Assembly (NCBI GenBank): GCA_013202295.1 | Contig: JABMRT010000292.1 | Location: 12,486-76,485 of the forward strand | Length of the DNA stretch: 64,000 nucleotides | Direction: 5' to 3' | DNA from: Candidatus Zhuqueibacterota bacterium | Lineage (GTDB): Bacteria; Zhuqueibacterota; QNDG01; JABMRT01 | Made by a program: the position numbers and the translations under genes | Notes under the pieces: model-generated | What the model was told of the DNA's origin: nothing | The model's input: the letters and a program-made list of their open reading frames with translations, nothing else | The model's database searches: none | Shown: positions 45,930 to 55,105 of the stretch, in pieces | How the letters are laid out: each line of letters starts with the position of its first letter | How positions within the stretch are numbered: the stretch's first letter is position 1

Positions 45930-48878
45930 TCAATCCAGAAAATCAAAAAGCAATCCAAAATACGGCCGCCATTCATGGCCATATTGAACACCCACACGCT
46001 CAAACGTATCCAGCCCATAAGCAGCGCCCATGAAGAATCGAAGTGGAAAACCGTAAAATCCGAACAAATTCATTCGGAGCTGAGCACCTGCATCTCGCCG
46101 CCACTGGATATCTTCGGTTTTATCCGAATTCCAGGCATCCCCAATATCTGCGTAAACCGATCCCCAGATCTGGTCAATATTAATAAAGAGAAAACGGAGA
46201 CCCGTTTTTCGCCAGATCGGGAAACGATATGCCGCGCCAAATTGAAGCAGCTTGCGCCCCTCAATACTGTAATAGGGATATCCCCGCAATCCATCCAGCC
46301 CGCCGGCAAAAAGGTCGTAAAAGCTGTCGACATTGCGGTCAATCCATCCTGCTTTAAGGCGAAGGGCAACGCTGTGACTCGGTATCAGGGAAGGCACATA
46401 CTCGCGCCAATCCAGCTGACATTGGAAATAATTATAAGGCACATATGTTTCAACCAATGTGCCGTAATCCGTATGCACTTCAAATCCTTCAATAAAATTA
46501 TTTCGCGAATAGAGAGTTTCTAACTCGATCTTGCGGCCCGCACTCGGTGCAATCACCGAATGCATGGTCGGCTCGACGGCCTGATGAAACCAGCGCAATT
46601 GAATCGCATTGCCCGTATGATAGGTGTAGGTGATGTCAATATCCTGCACATCGGCCTTGAGCGTCATGGTCGCATCATACCGGCTGAATTGATATGCCGT
46701 GCGAAGCTCATCACTCTCACTCAGCTTCCAATCCGCTCCAATATCCGAACCCATCAAATTGTACTTATACTTGATATCCATATCAGTGGTGTGCCGCCGC
46801 TGCTGATAAAGCTCGATAAACAATGTGGGCGTGTATTTGCGATACTGAAAAATCGTGTATACATCCGAATCAAACAATTTATTTGCTGCAGCTGTTCCAA
46901 ACACAGAGAACTGATCGAGAAAATCGCTGGAGTAAAAATAGGTGCCCAGCTTCCACTTGCCGGGATAGTCATGGTAAACGCGGGGCAGAAACATCATCTT
47001 CGCATATACCGGCTTATAGGGTTTGGATTCATATTCGGGAACGTCACGATCATTGTATTGTTTGATCGGCCAGGATTTTTCACTATTCACAATCCGGATC
47101 GGGTTATAGGGCGATTCATACAGTGTTGGAATTAAGGAACGGATGGTGTCTAACACCGCGACCTTGTACCCTTCGGATGTGAAAAGGGAGTAAACGAGCT
47201 GCCCATTTTTATTGGCGGATGGCATGAACGCGCCGCCCGTCACATTTGTCACCGGGCCGGATTGCTCTGAACTCAAATCATAGCGATGGATATTAAAAAT
47301 GCCGCTCTCGTCATTTGCATAAAAAATAGATTTACCATCCGGGGATGGCCAGGGATCTCTTGTGTCGGATTCATTCTGGATGAGTGTATGGAATCCCGAA
47401 CCGGAGGAATCGATCATCGCAATATCACGTCCGCCCTGCCCTGTGAACATGGCAAAGATAATCTGTTTGGAATCGGGCATCCAGCGCGGTGTAAAAATTT
47501 GCTCGCCATTTTCGAAGAAAGTAATGACCTTCCATCCGCTGCTGTCAGGATGGACCAATGCCAAATTGGATGTCCCGTCCTGCTCGATCACGCAAACAAT
47601 GCGTTTTCCATCCGGGGACCAGTCAGGAAGACGGGCGCGTCGAGTTCGGGTAATCCGTGTTTTCTTTTTGGATTCGATATCCAGCTTGTACAGATCAAAA
47701 TATTTCTGCCCGTTGCGCTCCCGTACCTTGCGGGAGAAAACAATTTGTTTTCCATCAGGTGACCAGGATGCGGAAGAGGCTGAACCGCTTGCTATCTTTT
47801 TTGAATGGGCCAGCGTTGTATCTGTGATCCATAAGCTGCGCAGGGACATATAATCTTCACCGCGATTGCTCATATAGGCCACGCGTTTTCCATCCCGCGA
47901 CCAGATTGGATAGAGATTGCCGATCCCTTTATCCTCAAATATCTTACCTTGGATGATTTCCGATTGAATGGGTTGGATCCCGTCGGCATATCCTGTCTCA
48001 AGCCAGCTTTTCCATTCATTGTAAAGCTTGGATTCACTCTTGCCAAGCACTCGTTTGATTGCGGGATTAGAACTCACAAACCAGGGTGTGCGCATGGCCC
48101 GGGCCAGTTCGCCCAGCTTCTCCTCGCCAAACTGTTGCGCAATGTACAGGGACAATGCATACCCCTGATTGTACACGCGCTCATTGCCCACGGAATTCTT
48201 TCCGAAAATGCCCATCTCGGTTATGGACAACAAATCATCTTCCAACACAGCCGTGCGCAAGAGCATGTCACGATGTGTGTCCCAGGTATCGTATTCAAAT
48301 CCGGCGCGTTGAAACTGGGCCATACCCTCAGCCAGCCACATGGGCATGATCGTGCCAGCGAGCGGCATGGACATCAAAGTATTGGGATATCCGTGCAGCA
48401 CATCGGGGCGTTTTTCATCCTCATAATCGAGCCATTGAAAATAAACGGCGGGAAGCTGCCTCGGCATCTTGCGCGCTGCGCCCAGAGACAGCATGTGACT
48501 CAGCTCATGGGTCACCACATTGCGCAGCCAGTTATGATCGCCGCGCAGCAGAAAATCGGCGGGCGGCGCCCAGATCTCAACCTTGTTGTCATAATAAAAG
48601 GCCGCGCCATTGGCATTGTCTTCATGATCACGAATCACAAAATGGATTTGTGTATCCGGCTCGTATTGATAGAGTTCAGAGAGCGGATGATAAATGTCCT
48701 CTGCAATCTTCGCCACCAAACTCGCAGTGCGGGATTCATTTTGATGAAAATGCACATAAAAATGTTCGGTTTCGATGGATCGCCAATTGAGCTCAGGATG
48801 ATTGTATTCCAGAAACTGCCCATGCGCCGTACTGAACATCAATAGAAAGAGAAGGAGAATGAGTGTATTTTTTTTCAT
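45930..48878 (-). CDS. Outer-membrane protein: gluzincin (peptidase MA-like) + PD40/TolB propeller + BamA-type barrel end
   Basis: VTHELSH and WLAEGMAQF; P.WSPDGK repeats; C-terminal GGLDGLRGY...D.G.AW barrel motifs. Confidence 0.8.
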   Translation of the reverse strand: MKKNTLILLLFLLMFSTAHGQFLEYNHPELNWRSIETEHFYVHFHQNESRTASLVAKIAEDIYHPLSELYQYEPDTQIHFVIRDHEDNANGAAFYYDNKVEIWAPPADFLLRGDHNWLRNVVTHELSHMLSLGAARKMPRQLPAVYFQWLDYEDEKRPDVLHGYPNTLMSMPLAGTIMPMWLAEGMAQFQRAGFEYDTWDTHRDMLLRTAVLEDDLLSITEMGIFGKNSVGNERVYNQGYALSLYIAQQFGEEKLGELARAMRTPWFVSSNPAIKRVLGKSESKLYNEWKSWLETGYADGIQPIQSEIIQGKIFEDKGIGNLYPIWSRDGKRVAYMSNRGEDYMSLRSLWITDTTLAHSKKIASGSASSASWSPDGKQIVFSRKVRERNGQKYFDLYKLDIESKKKTRITRTRRARLPDWSPDGKRIVCVIEQDGTSNLALVHPDSSGWKVITFFENGEQIFTPRWMPDSKQIIFAMFTGQGGRDIAMIDSSGSGFHTLIQNESDTRDPWPSPDGKSIFYANDESGIFNIHRYDLSSEQSGPVTNVTGGAFMPSANKNGQLVYSLFTSEGYKVAVLDTIRSLIPTLYESPYNPIRIVNSEKSWPIKQYNDRDVPEYESKPYKPVYAKMMFLPRVYHDYPGKWKLGTYFYSSDFLDQFSVFGTAAANKLFDSDVYTIFQYRKYTPTLFIELYQQRRHTTDMDIKYKYNLMGSDIGADWKLSESDELRTAYQFSRYDATMTLKADVQDIDITYTYHTGNAIQLRWFHQAVEPTMHSVIAPSAGRKIELETLYSRNNFIEGFEVHTDYGTLVETYVPYNYFQCQLDWREYVPSLIPSHSVALRLKAGWIDRNVDSFYDLFAGGLDGLRGYPYYSIEGRKLLQFGAAYRFPIWRKTGLRFLFINIDQIWGSVYADIGDAWNSDKTEDIQWRRDAGAQLRMNLFGFYGFPLRFFMGAAYGLDTFERVGVQYGHEWRPYFGLLFDFLD

Positions 48879-48984
48879 TGAATTAATTCCACTATCCAAA
48901 TTTATAATTCATCATTCATAAATTGAAAATCACTATTCGTATATCATTTTTTTCGATCGCCAATAGCCTATCGCTCATTGCCGA

Positions 48985-51900
48985 TTATTTAACAACCGCA
49001 ATCTTAAACGTCGTTGTCTTTTCACCTGCATTGGATGTCGCAGTCACCTGGCAGAAGTACACACCGGAATCCACATCATCCAGATCCCAGACAATCTCAT
49101 TATCCGTCATGGGCACTCCCGGACCGGTAAACGACGCCACCCGATCGCCGGAGAGATCATAAATTTTAATTTGGACAGAAGCACTTTGTTCAAGCCGATA
49201 CCGGATGATTGTATAGTTCTCGATATTGGGATTTGGATAATTGTACGCCAGGTTTGTCGGGAAGAAATCCGCTTTAGACGTTGGAGAATCCAGCTCAATT
49301 TGAAGCCATCCCGAATGGCCTGAATCGTTCTGATACCCGGCCCATTGAATATCCTCTGGAGATCCGGCCAAATCAAAAACGGATAACGTACCCTCTTCGG
49401 ACACAGCAATCACTTCAATATCTTCATCCCCATCCAAATCACAAACGCGTGGTGTAATCGTGGAAGGACCACCTAGCGGCAGACTGGTCGATTCCCTCGA
49501 ACCATCTGTAGACACGATCTCCAGATTACCCTCGGAAGTCGTGACCAGAATCTCAGGAATTTCATCCCCATCCGTATCTGCGACGATTGGAGAGGACAAC
49601 TCAACATCGCGCTCAAAGGTTGGCACAGGAAATCCATTACATAAACTGCCATTGTGATTAAACGCCCAGACCTGGCCTTGAGCAGTGCAGATTAATTCAG
49701 GGATGCCATCGACATCAATTTCACCTGCCGCGAATACGATGAAGGATTCACTAACTCCGGGATACTCGAATTGTTGCGATTCGATGAGGCCCGTTTCATC
49801 ATCACCCCACAGGATCACTCCACCAGTTGAGGACCTCGCGTAAACCGCTAACAATGGAAATTGTTCAATGGTTGGTGAGTTGAGATTGACCGGAAAACCA
49901 ATGGGAATGCCCGTTTCACCCGGTCCATCCGCTGATGTGGTGTGGTCGAATTCATTTGCTGGTAAAATAGCGGCACCACCATCCTCAAGAGTCACCAATA
50001 GATACGAAGATTCAACTCTGCAAAGCCCGACTACAGCTGAACCATTTCCTGCATCGGATTCCCAGTCCATCTGATTATGCTGATCAATGGCTCGAACCAC
50101 ACCTTCGTTGGTGCCTATAATAATTCCGCGATCCCAAGCTGTCAGTGCCGTGATAGTACCTGAGGGCAATTGATTATCAATAATCATTTCAATTGCATCA
50201 TCTCGTATGTGATAAGCCCGGACATTATCTCCTTTAGCTAGGACAAGTTCATCATCCAAACCATCGTGGTTCACATCAAAAATCACTGGTGGAATTAAAA
50301 TGGAATCACCCACATCAAGAAAAAGGGCAGATGGATAATAGGTCGTATCCCCCGTAAAAGAAACGCGATATTGAATATCTCCACTATCAACCAACGGAGA
50401 ACCGTCCGCCTGCCACGCGAACACTTTGCCTTCACGGGTGGCCACAACGATTTCTGGAAATCCATCCCCATTGATATCACCCGTGATCGGTGGATAAGCA
50501 TCCAATCCTGATTCGAAAAATGCGGGGAATCCAGTTTGATTCAGATCATTAGAAACAGAAAAGCTCATGACCGTATCGGATTCTGAAAATCCGGAAATCA
50601 CAATATGAGAATTTGCACCGGAATAGGATCGGCTGTTCGGATGTGTATCAGGCGTGAAAGCGACAGAATCGAAATTGTTTCCCAATAAATTGATCTCATT
50701 ACTGGCCCAGAATGCATCATGCCACACACCCGATTCTGCACCCGCACCCGGATCAATCATACCATATGACTCTCCAATATCCTGTGCACCATCCGCTTCT
50801 TCCAGATCCACTGCCCGATGATGCCTGTCTGTATTCACCTGATTGTCTGCGATCTTGTCGCGAAGTATGGACTCATCAATGTGCCAGATCAGAATGCCCG
50901 AACCCGGAATGCCGTAATCATATTCATCGATCTCTACAATGACACCCACCGCTTCTTCAGCCTCGATCTGTCCGGTCTCTAAAAATCTTACTTCCTGGCC
51001 TGATGCATCACGCCCCACAGACACACCATCCCCATTGGGATCGTATTGCCGGTTTTCGATAAGGAAATATTCATCCGTACTGATGGATACCTTGTACACA
51101 GCGGGGGCTGATCCGGCAATCGAGCAGGCCACATCCAGATCATTTTGGGTTCGAACTTCAATTGGGGTCTGCCATCCCATAAACACCTTGGACCACGCGC
51201 ACGGTTCGGCCGGAAGCAATCCGTTAAAATTACCCGATCCCTGATCCATCAAGCCCCAGCGGCCAATTCCCGAATATCCATTCTGTGTATTCCACAGCGC
51301 GGGCAGACCGAGTTGAAATCCAAACATTAAAGTCATGGTTCCGATCAGCCCGATTTCATACCCTTCCTGACTCTGTGTTTCAGGTAAAATCAATCCTTCG
51401 GTCACAAAAAAACTGCCGTCTTCAACCGCAATACCATCGTAAGTGGGATCCTCATCCGCGAGATATTTACGAAGATCCTTCACTGTGAGAAACGCCGAGG
51501 GAATATCCCGCGGTGTGGGATCGTATCCCAAATCAATGTCTTTGCCCACACCCGCATGAAAAACAACATACACATCATAATCAGAAAACACGACACCATA
51601 ATCATCAGCCAAAGTAATCGCATCGCGAAACAGCTCGGCCAGCCCCTGATCTGTTGCAGCGTCTGATGAAGCCGGATTGTACTCGGCCATGTGATTTGGC
51701 AAATTAAGCACATAAGGATGGACCGTAAATCCAAGACCCAATTTTTGAGAGGACACGGTTCGATAGTAATTGGAAAGGGCGGTCAACTGATCTTCAAAAT
51801 AGGATTGATTATGCGGCGGTGGATCAATGACAGGGAGTTCCGGAATGGAAAGGTCGAATAATCCATCACCGTTGGTTCCACCATCCTCATCCGGCTGAAA

Positions 51901-52125
51901 CGCCACCATCAGCGCCAGAATGTGCAAAGAATCCGGTGCGGTTTGAAGAGTGGTCCCGGATCTCAGGATCAGAGCATCAGACTGCCAGCTGTATTGTGAA
52001 TGGGTGACCAGATTTCGCCTTGAAGGTTGATTCTTCCGGTATTGGAACCGAACGGAATCTTTTGCTGAAAGATTGATCGATAAGAGCAGACAGCCCATCA
52101 ATCCATACAAAGTCCATCGTTTCAT
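48985..52125 (-). CDS. Immune-inhibitor-A (M6)-like protein with FG-GAP repeats and a T9SS-type C-terminal domain; zinc motif degenerate
   Basis: VFHAG, GIGRWGLM, EYFLIENRQ and VDLEEADG (M6 features); GDINGDG.PEIV repeats; YNYPNP..GVYF C-terminus. Confidence 0.82.
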   Translation of the reverse strand: MKRWTLYGLMGCLLLSINLSAKDSVRFQYRKNQPSRRNLVTHSQYSWQSDALILRSGTTLQTAPDSLHILALMVAFQPDEDGGTNGDGLFDLSIPELPVIDPPPHNQSYFEDQLTALSNYYRTVSSQKLGLGFTVHPYVLNLPNHMAEYNPASSDAATDQGLAELFRDAITLADDYGVVFSDYDVYVVFHAGVGKDIDLGYDPTPRDIPSAFLTVKDLRKYLADEDPTYDGIAVEDGSFFVTEGLILPETQSQEGYEIGLIGTMTLMFGFQLGLPALWNTQNGYSGIGRWGLMDQGSGNFNGLLPAEPCAWSKVFMGWQTPIEVRTQNDLDVACSIAGSAPAVYKVSISTDEYFLIENRQYDPNGDGVSVGRDASGQEVRFLETGQIEAEEAVGVIVEIDEYDYGIPGSGILIWHIDESILRDKIADNQVNTDRHHRAVDLEEADGAQDIGESYGMIDPGAGAESGVWHDAFWASNEINLLGNNFDSVAFTPDTHPNSRSYSGANSHIVISGFSESDTVMSFSVSNDLNQTGFPAFFESGLDAYPPITGDINGDGFPEIVVATREGKVFAWQADGSPLVDSGDIQYRVSFTGDTTYYPSALFLDVGDSILIPPVIFDVNHDGLDDELVLAKGDNVRAYHIRDDAIEMIIDNQLPSGTITALTAWDRGIIIGTNEGVVRAIDQHNQMDWESDAGNGSAVVGLCRVESSYLLVTLEDGGAAILPANEFDHTTSADGPGETGIPIGFPVNLNSPTIEQFPLLAVYARSSTGGVILWGDDETGLIESQQFEYPGVSESFIVFAAGEIDVDGIPELICTAQGQVWAFNHNGSLCNGFPVPTFERDVELSSPIVADTDGDEIPEILVTTSEGNLEIVSTDGSRESTSLPLGGPSTITPRVCDLDGDEDIEVIAVSEEGTLSVFDLAGSPEDIQWAGYQNDSGHSGWLQIELDSPTSKADFFPTNLAYNYPNPNIENYTIIRYRLEQSASVQIKIYDLSGDRVASFTGPGVPMTDNEIVWDLDDVDSGVYFCQVTATSNAGEKTTTFKIAVVK

Positions 52126-52143
52126 AGGGACGCTCCAACTGAT

Positions 52144-52180
52144 AAAAAATACCCCACGACGGGAGTGTCTGTGGGGTATT
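52144..52180 (-). terminator. Intrinsic terminator after porV
   Basis: Minus strand AATACCCCACAGAC-loop-GTCGTGGGGTATT followed by TTT. Confidence 0.72.
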
Positions 52181-52235
52181 GAATCTCAATGAATCACTTA
52201 TATATGGTCATCATCGTTTGACGAATCCCCGATGA

Positions 52236-53288
52236 TTAAAATGCTGCCGTCAAAGAGAATCGCATGGTATCTGAAAGCGGATGGCCCTGCTCGGCTGCAA
52301 CATATCCGAAATCAAAACGAAATGATGAATACTGGAGACCGGCGCCGAAGGTCGGATATTTCACCTTGCCCTCTTCATCATAATAATATCCTGTACGGAT
52401 GAATATCATATTGGAATATACATATTCCAGACCGATGGAGCTGATAAGTTTTTCAGCTTGCTCGCTCAATGATTCATCCCCCCAGGAAGTAAAAATAGCC
52501 TGATAGAACGGCTGAGGTTTTTCATCCGCGTGACGCACGACAAGGAGTTTGTTGGTTTCAACAAGCACAGTTATCTTGTTAAACTCAGAGTTGATCACAT
52601 CGTACCCGAAACCTACTCTCAAATTCGTGGGCAATGGATCAGCTTGATCTGCATCGACATAGGTGATCTTCGGGCCCATGTTGGAAAGATTCGCTCCAAA
52701 ACGAAGCCCTTTGACGAAACCGAAATGATAGAGCACGCCAAGATCTACGGCAAACGCATTGCCAATACCCTTGCCTTTTTCTTCTCCGGCACCCATTGGG
52801 GCCAGATTACTGCGGATATACCGCATACCCACGCCGATTCCGAAATTATCAGTGAGCTTGGTCGCGTAGTTCAATGTGACAGCCAGATCCCAGCTCGTGA
52901 ATGTATCCAGTGGTTCAGGACTATCCCTCGTATACACCTGCTCACCCAAATTAAGAAAGGTGATGTTTCCGCCAAGCGTACCACCCAGATTTTCGACATA
53001 CTGTTTGTATGCGAAAAACTCATAAGACATGTCATCCACAAGCTGCGGAAGCCATTTGGCATGCATGAACGTCACTTCACGGCCAGTCTGAAAAGCCAAT
53101 CCGGCCGGATTCCAGAACGACGCGGTAGCATCGTCTGCAACAGATACAAATGCGTTGCCCATACCGGCAGCGCGAGCCCCAGGCGAAATGAGCAAAAAGA
53201 GGACGCCCGCCTCACTCACAGCAAATACATTAGATGCCGCGAACAGGGTGATCAGAGTCAGCAGCAGTGACAGGGTCCGTTTCTTCAT
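52236..53288 (-). CDS. porV: PorV/PorQ-family (FadL-like) outer-membrane barrel
   Basis: FLLISPGARAAGMG, DDATASFWNPAGL, GANLSNMGPK, DPLPTNLR.G and FIRTGYY motifs. Confidence 0.88.
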   Translation of the reverse strand: MKKRTLSLLLTLITLFAASNVFAVSEAGVLFLLISPGARAAGMGNAFVSVADDATASFWNPAGLAFQTGREVTFMHAKWLPQLVDDMSYEFFAYKQYVENLGGTLGGNITFLNLGEQVYTRDSPEPLDTFTSWDLAVTLNYATKLTDNFGIGVGMRYIRSNLAPMGAGEEKGKGIGNAFAVDLGVLYHFGFVKGLRFGANLSNMGPKITYVDADQADPLPTNLRVGFGYDVINSEFNKITVLVETNKLLVVRHADEKPQPFYQAIFTSWGDESLSEQAEKLISSIGLEYVYSNMIFIRTGYYYDEEGKVKYPTFGAGLQYSSFRFDFGYVAAEQGHPLSDTMRFSLTAAF

Positions 53289-53317
53289 GAGTTACCCTCC
53301 AAACACGTGATAAAATT

Positions 53318-53367
53318 AAAAAAACCGAACTGTCCGGAACACAAATAGGTTCCAAACGACGATTCGG
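53318..53367 (-). terminator. Attenuator terminator hairpin upstream of porV
   Basis: CCGAA-UCGUC-GUUU-GGAAC-loop-GUUCC-GGAC-AG-UUCGG then U7, ending about 30 nt before the porV ATG. Confidence 0.75.
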
Positions 53368-53418
53368 TCTGGCAAAGTTCGTTATACGAATCAATGGATA
53401 ATCGATTTAAAGAACCAA

Positions 53419-53469
53419 TTATTTTCTAATCCACCAGACCGTTAACGAACTTATATAGGCAATCTCCAT
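53419..53469 (-). CDS. Leader peptide MEIAYISSLTVWWIRK (TrpL-like, tandem Trp codons)
   Basis: ATG 53469, TGG TGG at 53436-53431, TAA 53421-53419; embedded in a 1:2 / 2:3 / 3:4 hairpin set. No clear Shine-Dalgarno. Confidence 0.65.
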   Translation of the reverse strand: MEIAYISSLTVWWIRK

Positions 53470-53489
53470 ACTTTTTTAAGATGGTTATA

Positions 53490-53518
53490 AATATATAAAA
53501 TCAAGATTTCAATGTCAA
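53490..53518 (-). promoter_or_regulatory. Sigma70-type promoter for the leader-porV transcript
   Basis: TTGACA-17 bp-TATATT on the minus strand. Confidence 0.7.
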
Positions 53519-53719
53519 GATTTATTTCTATCCACCCTTAATCATACATTAAATACATAATGCATAGATCATACCATAAAATAAGAGGAAAGGTTCCCAT
53601 TAATAATAGGGATTCATTCAATTTCCTGTTTTTTTGGATTTTGAATCCCTAAATTATAATTGGATTCTATCTGTGCTTCAGGATTGTATTCAGTTGTAGA
53701 ATTGTACTATTTTTCCACA

Positions 53720-54592
53720 TCAGGATGATTTTAGATCCTTTAAAAACCGTCGAAGCACTTCCACAACATCCGCTGTGTGTGTATTCTTATTCGTGCCCAT
53801 ATCTTCATAATGCACGTTCGGCAGCATCTCGACCATGCGTTTTAAATGTTGCGGTTCATGAAGTTTGTCCTTAGACGCACCGATCAATAACGTGGGCCGG
53901 TCAATGGTCTCAATGCGGTCCCAGATTGTATACTTCCAAAATTTCATGGCAGCTTTCTTAAGTTTAAAGGGATCGGCCGCATCAAGTGCGCGGCAATACT
54001 TGGTGTACTGGGCAGAGTCAACCTGCATATTGAGCCGAAAATGTTTCATATACCATTTAAGACCCGGTCTTAGAATTAAATACAATCTCGGATAAAAAAG
54101 ATAGATGATCAACTTCCAGTATCCGGGAACATTAAACACGGCATTCGGGGCCACCACTGCAATACACTTGGGTTTCTCCGGGATGCGATGGTAGCAATCC
54201 ATAATAACCGTCGCGCCCAGAGAACTGCCGAAAAGAAGGTAGGATCCATCTTTCAAATTCAGTTTAGCTACAAGATGGAGAATGTCATCCCCGATCGTTT
54301 CAACAGATAAAGTCACGTTCCCGCTAAGTTCGGATGATATTTTCTCACGCGTCTCAATCAAATACACACGAAACTCGCGTGTCATCTCAACAAGTACTTC
54401 CCGCCAACCTTCAAGCTGTGAGATCCAGCCGGGTACGAATATGATTGCGGGATAATCTTTTTCTTCAGCCGGTTCAAACGTCACAAGCCTGAGATGGACA
54501 CCCTCTGAAAGCTCGACCATCTGTTCAGAAGCAGTTGCCCCCGGTGCGCAAAAGGATTGAATGTCATTTGCATCCAATGCTTCATCATGCAT
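53720..54592 (-). CDS. Alpha/beta hydrolase
   Basis: IFVPGW, GSSLG nucleophile elbow, PTLLIGASKD; AGGAG before the ATG at 54592. Confidence 0.85.
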   Translation of the reverse strand: MHDEALDANDIQSFCAPGATASEQMVELSEGVHLRLVTFEPAEEKDYPAIIFVPGWISQLEGWREVLVEMTREFRVYLIETREKISSELSGNVTLSVETIGDDILHLVAKLNLKDGSYLLFGSSLGATVIMDCYHRIPEKPKCIAVVAPNAVFNVPGYWKLIIYLFYPRLYLILRPGLKWYMKHFRLNMQVDSAQYTKYCRALDAADPFKLKKAAMKFWKYTIWDRIETIDRPTLLIGASKDKLHEPQHLKRMVEMLPNVHYEDMGTNKNTHTADVVEVLRRFLKDLKSS

Positions 54593-55105
54593 GTATATAT
54601 CTCCTCGCTCATCCAATTGTACTACTTTTTATTCCGCTTGTATGCATTTTTAATTCATGGAACATATGGTCCTAAAGTAACTAATTCGCCAGATTCGATT
54701 TGTTGCCAATATGCGAAAATATTCAATGCGATGCAACTTGAAAGGTATGTTTTATTTAACCACGCTGGACAGAAAACAACATAAAAGAACCTTTTGGATA
54801 AAGTAAATTAGGAAGCATGTTCAATTTCAAATCTGTAAAGGATTCAACCATGGCTTCAGGATTTCAAGCTGTTGCTTGAGTATCCACCCGGCAATTTCAT
54901 CCTCTTCATTGCCCTGTTATCGAATAAATATTACCTGTTAGCACTCTCGCGTCCACACTGAAATCACTTGGACTTAGTCTCTATAAATCTCATAAAAATA
55001 AAAAAAAGGTGGAAATATTCATTTAATTTTTATAAGATGTTTTGCTAAGTTCTTAAGTAAAAACCATAAAAAGACAGCTTTGGTAAAAATACATCTGGAG
55101 GATCC

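Noticed and set aside
54820-54882. Small ORF MFNFKSVKDSTMASGFQAVA upstream of the carboxylase operon
   Set aside because: No regulatory codon run and no associated terminator/antiterminator were found.
54938-54964. CIRCE (HrcA) operator
   Set aside because: Only the left half TTAGCACTC is present; the right half does not match GAGTGCTAA.
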